Source of the DNA: Phoronis australis
Taxonomy: Eukaryota; Animalia; Phoronida
Assembly (NCBI GenBank): GCA_002633005.1
Contig: NMRA01000011.1
Coordinates: forward strand, 377,395 to 441,394
Direction of reading: 5' to 3'
Length of the DNA stretch: 64,000 nucleotides
Shown: positions 24,201 through 36,724 of the stretch, one piece after another
Numbering within the stretch: the first letter of the stretch is position 1
Layout of the letters: every line of letters begins with the position of its first letter
The notes under the pieces: generated by a model
What the model saw: only the letters and a program-made list of their open reading frames with translations
Database searches by the model: none
Told to the model about the DNA's origin: nothing
Translations under genes and position numbers: made by a program

Positions 24201-27200
24201 AATCAAAGACGATGATGCTCCTACTGATGTGACATAACGTGACGTCGCCACAGAAGACAAAGACGTTATAGGTGATGATGTCACTCTGGAGAACGACGTT
24301 ATTGAAGGAGATATCATCCTGGAAGATGACTTTGGAGGCGACGACGTTACAGAAGGTGATATCACAATGGAAGACGGCGGCGGAGATGATGAGGACATTA
24401 CTGAACGTGTCGTCATCATGGATGACTGGGTTAGAGACGATGATGTTTCTCTGGATGAGGACATTACTGAAGGTGTCATCACCATTGAAGACGGCGTTAG
24501 AGATGAGGATATTTCTGTGGACGAGGACATTACTGAACGTGTTGTCACCATGGAGGACAGCGTTAGAGAGGGAGTTGTTTTGCTAGACGAGGACATTACT
24601 GAAAGTGTCAATATCATGGAAAACGGCGTTAAAGATAAGCTTGTTTCTCTGGACGAGGACATTATTGAAGGTGTCATCACCATGGAAGACGGCGTTAGAG
24701 ATAAGGTTGTTTCTCTGGATGAGGACATTACTGAAGGTGTCACCATGGAAGACAGTGTTAGCGATGATGCCGTTTCACTGGATGAGAACAGTACTGAGGG
24801 TGTTATCATCTTGGAGGACGACGTTAGAGATGATGATATTTCTCCGGAAGTGGACATTGCTGAAGTTGTCATCGCCATGGAAGACGGTGTTAGTGATGAC
24901 GATGTTTCTGTGGACGAGGACATTACTGAAGGTGTTATCAGTACGGAAGACGGCGTTAGAGATGATGATGTTTCTGTGGACGAGGACATTACTGAAGGTG
25001 TCATCACCATGGAAGACGGTGTTAGAGATGATGATATTCCTTCGGACGAAGACATTACTGAAGGTGTCATCACCATGGAAGACGGCATTAAAGATAAGCT
25101 TGTTTCTCTGGACGAGGACATTACTGAAGGTGTCAACACCATGGAAGACGGCGTTAGAGATGAGGATGTTTCTCTGGATGAGGACATTACTGAAGGTGTC
25201 ATCACCATGGAAGACGGCATTAAAGATAAGCTTGTTTCTCTGGACGAGGACATTACTGAAGCTGTCAACACCATGGAGGACGGTGTTAGAGATGATGATG
25301 TTTCTGTGGACGAGGACATTACTGAAGGTGTCATCACCATGGAAGACGGCGTTAGAGATGAGGATGTTTCTCTGGATGAGGACATTACTGAAGGTGTCAC
25401 CATGGAAGACAGTGTTAGCGATGATGCCGTTTCACTGGATGAGAACAGTACTGAGGGTGTTATCATCTTGGAGGACGACGTTAGAGATGATGATATTTCT
25501 CCGGAAGTGGACATTGCTGAAGTTGTCATCGCCATGGAAGACGGTGTTAGTGATGACGATGTTTCTGTGGACGAGGACATTACTGAAGGTGTCATCACCA
25601 TGGAAGACGGTGTTAGAGATGATGATATTCCTTCGGACGAAGACATTACTGAAGGTGTCATCACCATGGAAGACGGCATTAAAGATAAGCTTGTTTCTCT
25701 GGACGAGGACATTACTGAAGGTGTCAACACCATGGAAGACGGCGTTAGAGATGAGGATGTTTCTCTGGATGAGGACATTACTGAAGGTGTCATCACCATG
25801 GAAGACGGCATTAAAGATAAGCTTGTTTCTCTGGACGAGGACATTACTGAAGCTGTCAACACCATGGAGGACGGTGTTAGAGATGATGATGTTTCTGTGG
25901 ACGAGGACATTACTGAAGGTGTCATCACCATGGAAGACGGCGTTAGAGATGAGGATGTTTCTCTGGATGAGGACATTACTGAAGGTGTCACCATGGAAGA
26001 CAGTGTTAGCGATGATGCCGTTTCACTGGATGAGAACAGTACTGAGGGTGTTATCATCTTGGAGGACGACGTTAGAGATGATGATATTTCTCCGGAAGTG
26101 GACATTGCTGAAGTTGTCATCGCCATGGAAGACGGTGTTAGTGATGACGATGTTTCTGTGGACGAGGACATTACTGAAGGTGTCATCACCATGGAAGACG
26201 GTGTTAGAGATGAGGATGTTTCGCTGGACGAGGACATTACTGAAGGTGTCAACACCATGGAAGACGGCGTTAGAGATGAGGATGTTTCTCTGGATGAGGA
26301 CATTACTGAAGATGTCATCATCATAGAAGACGGCGTTAGAGATGAGGATGTTTCTCTGGATGAGGACATTACTGAAGGTGTCATCACCATGGAGGACGGT
26401 GTTAGAGATGAGGATGTAGTGTTCATGGAGGAAGACACTAAATCTGATACGGAATCTGTGAAAGACGACAACACTGGAGAGGTGGTTTCCATTGATAACA
26501 ATATTACAGATGACGTATTTACATCTGGCGACATTTCTGGTATCATTGTAGCCTTGGACGACGAATACAATGATAACGTTTCCATTGAAGATTTTGCAGA
26601 TGATGTTGTGTCCATGCAAAATATGATAGACGACGTAACATTTATAGACGACGACACTTCAGATGAAGATGCATTCACAGAAGAAGATATTACGGAAGAT
26701 GTAACATTTACAAAAGACGGCCATACACATGTTGTTTCCTTGTAAGACAGCGTCATTGAAGAAGGAGATTCTGATGACGATAACATTAAAGGTGTTGTGG
26801 TATTCCTGAAGGGAGACATAACAAGTGGCGAAGTATTTGTGGATGATGGTGATATTGAAGTCATTTCCGTTTCCATAGAAGGGACAATTTCAGACGATAG
26901 GTTATCGGAGGACGATGCTATTCCCATTGTTAGTAATGGAGTAATCTCCGTGTAAGATGATGTTACAGGTGTTTTTAAATCGTTGGACGTCTGTAAAGAC
27001 ATTGTCGTCATGGATGACAACGTTACCGGTGGTGTGCTATTCGCCGCAGACATTACGAGTGTCCTATCCGTGGAGGACAGAATTACGGATGACGCTGGGT
27101 CCGTGGAAAACGAAGTTATTGGCGACGCAGTTTCGATCGTCGACAATACTTCATATGTTGTTTCCACAGAAAGCGACATTAAAGTAATCGATTGATTCAT

Positions 27201-27335
27201 AGCACTCGTTGTTGGTGTAGTGGAGATCAACGCCGTGTCATTTGATGTTATGGTCTCAGTCGTCTGTGCAAATAACGTCCATTGTATCCACAGGTAGAAT
27301 AACGGGCAAATACGTTTTAATAGAGCTGCAGTCAT
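18241..27335 (-). CDS. Membrane-tethered mucin with SEA, EGF and TM domains (MUC3/13/17-like architecture), about 1422 aa, 7 coding exons
   Basis: Exons 27335-23880, 22654-22581, 21693-21518, 20603-20516, 20145-19945, 18712-18519 and 18320-18241, all GT-AG and phase-consistent (4269 nt). Signal peptide MTAALLKRICPLFYLWIQWTLFA; PTS region; SEA with FRRGSVDV; EGF CATVGSYCENNGICQ...FCRCTGIYFGTRC; TM AWIAAIGGAVCVLILLLILIILYVV followed by RRRRR; tail ends YEIPRPQL...VYTRNS*. Confidence 0.92.
19438..19600 (+). mobile_element. hAT-like MITE family A, copy in a mucin intron
   Basis: Shared body, ends GGATCCGCCCCTG; flanks CAATA / CAATG (4 of 5 match, candidate 5-bp TSD). Confidence 0.75.
22681..23070 (+). 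mobile_element. tRNA-derived SINE interrupted by a MITE
   Basis: A-box TGGCTCAGTGG (22693) and B-box-like GGCTCGAATTC (22900) come into tRNA-like spacing once 22736-22894 is removed. The 3' boundary is approximate. Confidence 0.6.
22736..22894 (+). mobile_element. hAT-like MITE family A, copy nested in the SINE head
   Basis: CAGTGGCGGATTTAG...GGATCCGCCCCAG; flanks ACCCG / ACCCA. Confidence 0.8.
23880..27335 (-). CDS. Mucin giant exon (signal peptide, Ser/Thr/Met/Pro-rich domain, start of SEA)
   Basis: 1152 open codons between acceptor ttttcag (27348-27350) and donor GTGAGT (23879). Confidence 0.92.
24390..26420 (-). repeat. Coding VNTR: 66-bp (22-aa) unit organised in a 591-bp higher-order repeat
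   Basis: Unit TPSVMSSSRETSSSLTPSSMVM. The landmark CCGGAAG recurs at 24844, 25501 and 26092 (spacings 657 = 591+66, and 591). Confidence 0.95.
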
Positions 27336-27662
27336 GCCTTCTGGTGTCTGAAAATTGAAATCAAAACAATTCACTGCCGTTTCCCGCCGGGACCAGCTAG
27401 GGAATGTTTGGTTTTGTTACTTTTTGTTGAGACATAGTAAAGTGAAAAAGGAACAACACTGACCATTATAAACTGAGAGAGCGTAAGGGAATAAATGAAC
27501 AAACAACTAAACAAAAGCAAGTTAATAACGTATGTAAAAAGCAGTCTGTATTAATAACAAAGAATAAGCATTGGAACATTGCAATAAATTCATTTTCTGT
27601 TAAAATATTAACTACTTTACATCACTTTCCGACATAAAACTGGCCTCAGATGCCTCAGGGGT

Positions 27663-27850
27663 GGCATGGTACGAGAGCAGGCATGGTACGAGAGCAGGCA
27701 TGGTACGAGAGCAGGCATGGTTCGAGAGCAGGCATGGTACGAGAGCAGGCATGGTTCGAGAGCAGGCATGGTTCGAGAGCAGGCATGGTACGAGAGGCAG
27801 GCATGGTAGGAGAACAGGAATGGTTCAAGAACAGGCATGGTTCGAGAGCA
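27663..27850. repeat. 17-bp minisatellite GGCATGGTWCGAGAGCA, about 11 copies
   Basis: Direct tandem copies visible, with no spacers. Confidence 0.95.
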
Positions 27851-27963
27851 GACTCAATACATTTCCTTAACAAATTTGCAAGGTTAGCATGACCTGGAGT
27901 AGTAACGAATAGCCTTTTCTTCATCTAATCACAGATATCACTTCTGATCTGTGTGACGAGTAA

Positions 27964-28145
27964 GTGAGAGAGAGGGAGGGGGTAAGAGAGGAAGGGAGGG
28001 ACGGGGACAGGGGCTGAGGAGGGAGGGAATGACTGAGTGAGGGAGAGGAGAGGACGAAGATATCGAAGGGATAGACGTAGTGGGAGGGAGGCATGGATGT
28101 CGGGGTAGGGGAGGAGATTGGCCAAGGGACAAAGATAGGGGGTTG
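27964..28145. repeat. Purine-rich (GA/GGA) low-complexity tract
   Basis: GAGAGAGAGGGAGGGGG...GGGGAGGAG composition. Confidence 0.7.
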
Positions 28146-28846
28146 AGTGTTTTTGCACCCATAGCGGCATCTCATTTTTGTCATTTATTGCTGAAATAAT
28201 GTGCGATACAATTAAAATCGTGGACTTTAAGCGACGATCGTAAATGACCTCGATACTGTAGATACAAATTATGACATGTATTTCTCTTGCTTGCAAAAGA
28301 AAACAAGAAACAGTGTGCCACCGAAACTAAGAGCTTAGTTTCATAACAAAGTGAATATATTTCAGTTGTCTTCACAAGGTCTTGCCATAAAATTTGACCC
28401 TATTATGAATCTCATAAGGAAGTAACTGCAGGTTAAATTAAATCTTTGTCAATCGCAATTTATTGTAATAAAAATAGAATTAGATTTTAGGCCTATAACG
28501 TATGCTTCTGTTAACCCTCTTTCCAATCAAAAGTTTGCTTCAGCCCACAGGCCGTTTTAAAGATGGTTTCGATTTGTTCCTTGTTGAAAATGGAGATAGC
28601 AACTATATTGGGGCAGGGGAGCACATGCAGTGTCGTATGGTGGGAGATCAAGTGCAACGTATAGGCTTGTGCCGAATGCTGGCCTGAGCTATGAGTCTTT
28701 CCAAGTCCAGAAATCGCTTACAGTCTGAGTATGGATCAATGCGAGATCAGTTAATGTATATTAGAAAGTGACATAATCAAATTTTAAGGCTTTTGTCAGA
28801 GGCTGAACGGTTTAATGTGCCTTTAATAAACTTGTCAAATACTTAC

Positions 28847-28930
28847 GATTATTTCACAGGTTTCCTTGCGTGCATTCCTGCTGCTATCCTATGTTCAGTA
28901 CTGACAACGTTAAGCTTACAGAGAAGTTAA
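28847..28930 (-). other. Candidate non-coding first exon of the mucin gene
   Basis: The mucin ATG exon begins with an acceptor, so an upstream exon is needed. A minus-strand donor GTAAGT lies at 28846-28841. The 5' limit is a guess. Confidence 0.3.
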
Positions 28931-31900
28931 CATAAGTCATGAGACTCTACTAGGTTTATGCTCATGAATACTGTTTTTCCTTGTACCGTCGCTCAGGGCG
29001 TGAGAAAGCGGCTACCTGTCCATACTGAGGTAAATATATGGTAATATGGCAGCCTCAAAGGTCGGTGAACCATGCAAATCAGACAAAAGATTTTTTGTTT
29101 GATTTCGGTATGACTACGGTTAATGTAATGTAAAACACACATTAAAGTGATAATTTTCACATATACAGCCGATAAATTGGATGGGTGGAGTAAATACCTT
29201 TTGACAGTCATGTTACTTGTTTAATTACATGCTCATGCAGTATATTCAAAGGATGCGTTGTGACCTCGCGTTCTCGTGAGTTTGACATGCATCGTTTGCG
29301 AGTTATATTTGTTCATACATAGCTGCCAGACCACTAGCACATTCAATTTAAATAAAGTACAATATGACACCAAAAAAAAAACATTTAGAAATGACTTCTA
29401 ATGCGGACTTGTACAACAAATCTTACAGACTTTAAGAGATGTTTCCGGGTCGCTCGTCGTGAACTTCAAAACACGAAATGCATTAGTTTTTTGTAGAGTA
29501 AACAACTGGCTTAGTAGAACTTTACGAAGCAGATAACGAGATAGAATTAACTTCATTTTTCCATGCTGTGAAACATTCACATTCAGGTACATGTATTATC
29601 AGCTACGTCTGATGTTTATAAATACCGGTACACGAGTTGAGCATGCGCGGCGCGTGCGCACTGGTGTAGTGCAGAACTAGGTTCGGTAAATCATAGATAT
29701 AGGAGTAAAGCGCCAACTTTTAAAGTGCTCTCTATGGAGAACCTAGAATAAAACGCAGATTTCTCGTAACATTAGTAAGTAAATGGCGAAGACAGGTTTA
29801 GTAATAAAGTTTGTGCCTCGTGTCCATGTAGTCCGTAAATACTGCCGTGTTGTTTGGGCACACCCAGGTTATTCATGAAGATAGTTTTTATCCTCTGATT
29901 TCGGCTTCGCTGATGCTGGGAAGATCGGCGACTGTAATGGATGAGTGTAAAGGCTAAATTATGTTTCCTTGTGTCTTGAGCTAACTAGCAGTATGAATAC
30001 TGGCCTTGAGGTTGACTTTGTGGCCGGCTTTGCAAATTACCGAATTGATACTAAAACCATCGGCATTTTAAATGCGCTCAAAACTGAGCAGAGGTGGTTC
30101 TCAGGAAGAAAAAGGATTTTGTAATAATAATAAATTACTTGAGGAATAACATAAAAGCAACCGTGTGACAATCTAGCCGATATCTATTTAAAAATATAGG
30201 TTCAAACAGCTCTTAGTCTTCTTTCCCCTTTCATGGTTACTTACATCAATGAGTCTGCATTCAGCTCATTGCTCACATGAATTGGTTTGATTATTCTACC
30301 TAATTACATTATTTAAGATGCAGGACGAAACTGGAATTCGTGCATCCAACACGAGCTTGATACGTAAATATACGTAAATCACTTTCCATATCATGTGATG
30401 CACAGAACAATTTGCGATTTTATGAAAATATTTGACAAAACCATCAACGTCATTAATACTGCAGTAGTCAGTAGCCAAAAATAAGCAAACCAGGCATTGT
30501 AAAGCTGTATACATGTAGGTCACACCTTTTAGTCATGATATGAAACTATGTCGATGACCTTGTCAAACTTGTAAAATTGATAGAACGACCATGCCTTTAA
30601 CATATCAGTTTTGCTGACTAATATAAATCGTCACTTTCACAACCTTAAATGTCAATTCATCAACCGTTGACTGAGTCAAGAGCGAAGAAATTGTAACACA
30701 GGACAAGTGTAACTAAAAATATTTTTCATGGACCTTTTTTGAAAACCAGCAAGTTGCATATCTTGCCCTACACTATTTTATTGAAGTAAAAAACAAGTCA
30801 AAATAACTGAATTTTAACACACATTTAAATGATCATTTTATTGGTTTCTAAGTGTTAATTATAAATGCGATTAATTAGTTGGCAACAACACGAAATATGC
30901 GGGCACCCAGCCTAAAATATGGATAGCTCGAATTTTTTAGAATGGAACACGATTCCGCCGCGTCGTTGAATAAAAACTTAGCACTTGCTTAAGTCAGAAA
31001 AATAGCTGGGACTCTCTTGGTCAATGTTACATCCATGTTTTATGAAAAGGTACGATTTACGTTCAAACAACGAAAATGTCAAAAATAAAATTACATTTTC
31101 CTGGTTTATGTGGGTATATATAACTCTATCACAATTTCCTTCAGCCATAAATTGCGAAAACAAGTTGCTATTTTTTGTAAATGTCTATCTAAGCGATAAA
31201 GAAAGCTAGTTGTTTCAAAATGTCAAAAGCATCGTAAATCGAAAGGCCTGAAAATAGCTGATCTAGATTGTCCCTCACAAAAATATACTATTGGAACGTA
31301 GGACTACTAAAGATGCACAGAAGTCTTGTTCGGATACAAAAGCATCGAATTAAAACGCATGCGCATAATAAAGTTTAGGCACGTACGTACTGCCATGTGC
31401 AAAACACTAGATCAAAAAGGATTAAAAAAGGATTACTTAGGGCATCGGGACAATCATGAGTACAAACATGTGCAAATTCGATGGTGTTTTTCTTTACAAC
31501 TGGTTCAACGTAGGGACAAAAGTGGCGACTTTCTTACTTCTATCAACTCCGGTTGGTGATGTTATGAATTCAACGACCAAACCAAAGCACTACCTGGGCG
31601 ACCGGGGAAGGCATAGTGTACTAAAATAATTACCAAATGAGAAGACAGTGTACCTGAGGCAATACTGCACCCTTCTCGGTCGACCCTCAGGACCGTAAGA
31701 AGCGAGGGACAGCGGGGAGGGACACATGCAAACCAATAATTTGCGCAACGCCATAGCGACAGAGAAAAGTGCACCAGATTACTTTTACCAACCTGAATTA
31801 AGTTTCTAAAAGATGGCGTTTCGGTGAATTTGTACTTAGGTTGGTGAAATTCACGAGTCTGGGGGCATGCAGCTATTAGAAGCTCAGGCACCTGCACGTG

Positions 31901-32696
31901 TATCTGGTTTTTGGGAAGAAAGCCCGCCTTCAAGGTAGGACCACTGAGGGAACTTGACCCGGACCCGCATTTTGTCAAAGAGGCCGGGTTATACCTTGAG
32001 TTGAGCGCGAATCTTGTGTTTTTCTGTATTGGTATTATTTTTTCTATAAGTCAGTGGTAAATTATATTTTTATGCTACAACATTTTCCAATGAATAGGGC
32101 CTAACTCCTCGATTAGTCGGCACTCAAAGTACGCCTATTTTCACGCCGCAAGAGGTTTATTCCGAAAGAGGCGCAACTTCACATTAGGCGCACAAATCTT
32201 AATGTGCTCACGTAAGACATTTTTCTCGACAGAGCAAACGTGTCAATCCACAAAGATCATGCTCGAATTGTGCGAGACGTAGCCTACTGAACTGAACACT
32301 TCGCGCCGGGCCGCCGCCGAATGCCGCGGGAAGTATTGCCTTGTTCTACGAAAAACGGTATTTACGATTGCGTTAACCAATATGTTACCACTGAAAAACC
32401 AGCCATCACTCAGTGTGAACACTAATAACTTCAAAGCGGCAATTATAACGAAGTTTTTTGCTACAATCCGGTCCCAAAATAACCCTCAAAACGGTTTTTT
32501 CACCGAGATTTTGCGGGATATTAATCCATGCTTTTACTGGAGCCTCAACAATGCAACGAATAGCCCGTAAAATTCGACTGATTAACTACCCAGGACTAGT
32601 AGGTTAATATCTTTAAACTGCGACGAGCAAGTGAACCTGTACTAGCCCCGTGACCCCGGTGCGAAGTGGTCAGTGACCGTGATGCAACACGAATTC

Positions 32697-33460
32697 AAGA
32701 ATCAAGAATCAAGAACATTAGCCAGTTGAGCTATTTCTACGACATTAAATTTAACAGAAACATGAAGAAAATGGAACTTAAGCTAACAGTGGAGAATAAC
32801 ACAGAGATATAATTGTAAATAAAAGTTAAGTGGTCGTAATTATATATAGAGTCTAGACTAGAGTCTAATGAGTCATAAACGATAATAGGTACACGTGTAA
32901 ATGCTATAATCTAGATAATTCACAACTGTAAAGAAACGATTGTATACACCATAAGATTACAACATAACCTGGAGTGTTTACAGAGAGCAGCTGCATTCAG
33001 GGCCAGTCCAGGTCCGTATCAGTGCACGAATAGTTAAAGACTCTGTTGTGTGCAACACATTCGGTAGACTGTTCCTGACCGAGCGGCTTCGAAGAGAACA
33101 GATTTTTTTACCGTATTTGACAGATTTAACTTGAGTAATATCTAAAAGTTTGTCGTGGCGAAAGGAGTAATTGTTTTCTTGTGCTTCTTATAAACTTGTG
33201 AAAAAAGTGTCTTAGGTCAGTGATTCGCCATAAAGGACTTTAAATACTGCTATTGCATTAAGTCGAAGTATGTGTAGATGAAGGGGTGGCTTGTTAGCTA
33301 GGTGAGAGTAGTTGTTCGTGCGTGCTTGCGTCACTGGTCCGTCGTTAATTGTAAACACTTGAAAACGGAGCGCTCTAACTTGGTTGGAGTCTTTCTAGTT
33401 TGAGTGTATTTTTGGAACAACAGTTGTTGAAAGTATGAAGCAGTGAAAAATAAAATGGCA
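32697..33460 (-). mobile_element. L2/CR1-group LINE, 5'-truncated and decayed 3' end
   Basis: Minus-strand peptides KLERLQ..RALRF, LHILRL, NYSFRH...VKYGKKS...NSLP...WTGPECSCSL match the ORF2 C-terminus of the CR1/L2 group. (TTCTTGA)3 tail at ~32697-32716. Confidence 0.8.
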
Positions 33461-33465
33461 AGTCA

Positions 33466-33725
33466 TGCGCGCACCCAGCCTGAAATATAGAGGGGCTCGA
33501 ATTTTTGATGAGTGATGGCCTTTACTCTACGGTAAAACTTAAACACTGAAATCGGCCGGGCGGCTAAAAAATAAAACGGGGACTGTAAAGCTATGAATTG
33601 TTCGCGCCGAATTCTTGCCGTTTTAGTGGACTTATGTCTCGTTTTCTCAGACTTTTTGTTTCTCTGAGGTGGACCTTTTTGCCCACTTCGCCAAATGAGG
33701 GGGGGGGGGNGGGGGCGTTCGAGTG
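33466..33725 (+). mobile_element. Dispersed ~250-bp repeat family B (MITE-like), immediately upstream of ERCC1
   Basis: Colinear with the reverse complement of 51295-51551 (GCACCCAGCC...GCTCGAATTT...TTTTAGTGG...TGTTTCTCTGAGGYGGACCTT). The head motif also occurs at ~30898-30937. Confidence 0.8.
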
Positions 33726-33784
33726 AAAAGCTAGTTTTGCGCTTTACATGTCGTGCCATCTATGAGCCATCTTCAAAACTATTA

Positions 33785-33793
33785 ACCGGAAAT
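33785..33793 (+). promoter_or_regulatory. ETS-type motif ACCGGAAAT just upstream of the ERCC1 start
   Basis: Motif match about 40 nt before the ATG; function is inferred only. Confidence 0.3.
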
Positions 33794-33830
33794 ACAATTG
33801 TTTCTTGTTTCTTTTATCACAAGAGCTGAG

Positions 33831-35877
33831 ATGACAAACAATGTGTTCAAGATCCCCTCAATCGAAGAAATTGAGAGTAGTGAAGGTGAAAAGGTGCGCT
33901 CTTATGTTTTTGTGTCTTTGGAGACAACGAAGAGTAATGTTGAAACAGTTAAAAATGTTCCCTTTCTCATCATCTCTCCCAATTCATGTTGCGGCCTAGC
34001 CCTAGCCCTAGGCCGGGCCTAGCCACGGCAAAGCCACACTCACTACTCAGACACAGGCGTCCTCAGCTTGTCTTTAGCCAGCCAGCTAGCTGTATGAAAA
34101 CTGTCGTCAAAATACAGCTAGGTACCACTGTGTGTTTTTCTTCCATAGACCCCAAATTGCGCACAGCCATTGTAGTTCTGCTCGTCACCTCGCCGTGAAA
34201 CCTGTATCAACATGTAGAGCTAAAGACTGGACGGGGTGCATGCAAAATCTGGGAATCAAATGACACTCACCTTGCTCGTTACAGCCGTTTAAGTGGAAAA
34301 CAATCTAATTAACGTCATTTTCTTGCATAATGGTTCGCCTTTTCGAACAAAGAAATGTTATGTCATCGTTTTTAAAACAGTACGCTCGTTACAAGCGCAT
34401 GCGCCATTTTCTAAATATTTGCGACAACTTCACAGCAGCAAAAATTATTATGAAATTCAGTTTTTCGGTATCAAAATTCTAAAAACTTACAATGAAGTGA
34501 AATCAGTTCCAATAGTTTGTTTTGACGAGTATGCAACCTCGTGAAAGAACAACTGTACAGTTGATTGAAGAATCGGCGAAAAATGAAACTGGCCAATAAG
34601 TGACGCAATATTTCATGGTGCCGAAAGCCGTCGCTAAAGATCGCTCCACAAATTTAGCAGTGAAATTACGGTAGAACGCCATTTTTTCCAACACCGTTAA
34701 ATAATTTAGTTTACTCAAGGAAGATTGTAGTTTTTAATGACTCAAATTTTGTGTCAGATTTTATCTCACCACTTTTTTACCCACATCGGTGCAAAGCTTT
34801 GTACCAAGGCTACCTCGGCTTCTGATCCTCCCCAACCAGATGCGCTTTTGATCAGCCCTAGACGATAGTATATAAATAAAGAGAAAAGTATACAACTGCT
34901 ATCCAATATAGCCGCCCGCCAGGTACTTCCGGAGCAGCTCCAAGCATTTCAAATCTCACAGAAATTGAAGTCAAACATTTTATATGCGGCATCAACACCT
35001 TCACTACTTCCATTTGTTGACATCGCAACCTATAAAAACAATATATACGTCCAGATTTTTTTATTTCAATCGCCAACATTCACGGCAAAGTGTAGTGACA
35101 TAAAACATCCATAGGTGCCAACTAATGCGCATGCTCACAAGGCCGCTGACAACATTTTCAACTAAAAACAGCAATATTAGAGGCAGAGTAAACATAGATT
35201 CTTCTAACGGTAATTTGTGATCATGTCCAGCTGACCAGAGTTTGACCTCAAGTGACGAGGTCAAAAACATATGGTTGGAAGACAAATTGGAAGGCCCCTT
35301 GAAAGTTTGACCTATTTTTTGTTGTACCCAATCAGCGTGCTGCTGGAGTAGTTTATATATAATGGCATGGCGCGTGACACTTGCAAAATAGCATGGGAAG
35401 ATATCAGGTGAAATTTGGTATAGATTTGTGTCCCTTGGACTTTTTGTACGTCAACAGGCGCGATTTCACATAACATCCTCAAAATGGCAACCGATGAGAA
35501 AAACTTGAGCGAAACGTGACAGATTTTCATGGATATGTTCAAGTTATGTTCATTAAATTGTATCCAGAGTATGTGTTGATTATAACTCTATGAGCATATG
35601 TGCATGCTATATGCATATAGGCATTCGATTTTAGTTGTTGTATTTTGAAATGAGTAACTTTTTATGGGGATGTACTAATCGCCCCTGTATGTCTAGGGCG
35701 AAAGCTGCTCATCTCAAAATACAGCAAATAAAATCAAATGAAACATGCATACTAGTAGACACTAGTCAGATATAATGGTCCATGATTTAGAGAACCATTT
35801 TCATCCACTAAATAACGGCCGTTATTCAGTGAATGCCTGGTTCTCTAAATCGGGGTCCATTATAGATCCGACTAGTG

Positions 35878-35929
<52 letters not shown>

Positions 35930-36658
35930 GTATAATTAACGCATACCATGACTCTGAAGACAGTTTAGTCAACATAATTTGAACATCAATGAAAGCCTGT
36001 TGCGGTTTTCTCAAGCTTCTCCACCGGATGCCATTTTGAAGACGTTTTGTGAAATCGCACCTGTTGATGAGCAAAAAGTTCATGGGACACTAATCTTGCA
36101 AATTCCACCTGATATCTTCTCATGCTATTTTTGCAAGTGTATATGCCAGGTCACGTTCGTCGCTCAGTCTCGCGCCTGAGGTCTGTTGAGATCCTTTGTG
36201 GTTATGTGGTGAAAAAGTTAATGGTGACCAAGGAAGTGGAGTTGGAATTCTTCACCAAAGTCATCTTAATTCCCATAGACAGGCTTCATCAAAGATGTGT
36301 ATAGAACCAGAAAGGATTGCTGAAGAAAGTAAATGCTTCTTTATGTGATAATTTTAATTGTGAAATGTATTTTTGACAATGTGAAAACCTCTTATTCAGT
36401 TAGCGGATTTGGCTTACTGCCCATTTTAAGTAGAGGTGATGGAATGAGAATTCTATAGAAAGTGATTGGGAGTATTGTAGGTCCCAGATAGCCAGTAGAC
36501 TTGTGAGCATAAAGTGATGTACTCGAACCAGTCTTCAGTCTGTCATGACATTGGAAGCTATAAGCATCGGTCAGTAACAACCTGCACCCACCCATCATCA
36601 GGAAAGACATGACAACACCAAAGTGAATGTACATAAAGTTAGCACATATGATGTCAGT

Positions 36659-36724
<66 letters not shown>

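Larger units (their letters stand above)
35366..36150. repeat. Long imperfect inverted repeat (~185-bp arms, ~35366-35551 and ~35971-36150) in ERCC1 intron 1
   Basis: ACACTTGCAAAATAGCATGGGAAGATATCAGGTG... is inverted by ...CACCTGATATCTTCTCATGCTATTTTTGCAAGTGT. Likely a foldback/MITE element. Confidence 0.85.

Noticed and set aside
24605-26326. 573-aa plus-strand ORF (WKTALEMRMFLW repeats)
   Set aside because: Shadow frame of the 66-bp mucin repeat; the minus frame has the signal peptide, splice sites and downstream domains.
27617-28296. Cluster of overlapping short ORFs and a CRISPR-like look
   Set aside because: Products of a 17-bp tandem repeat and a purine tract; there are no unique spacers and no cas genes, and the context is eukaryotic.
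31562-31978. 138-aa minus-strand ORF as a host gene
   Set aside because: No recognisable domain or splice partners; at most a faint resemblance to decayed LINE RT, too weak to call.
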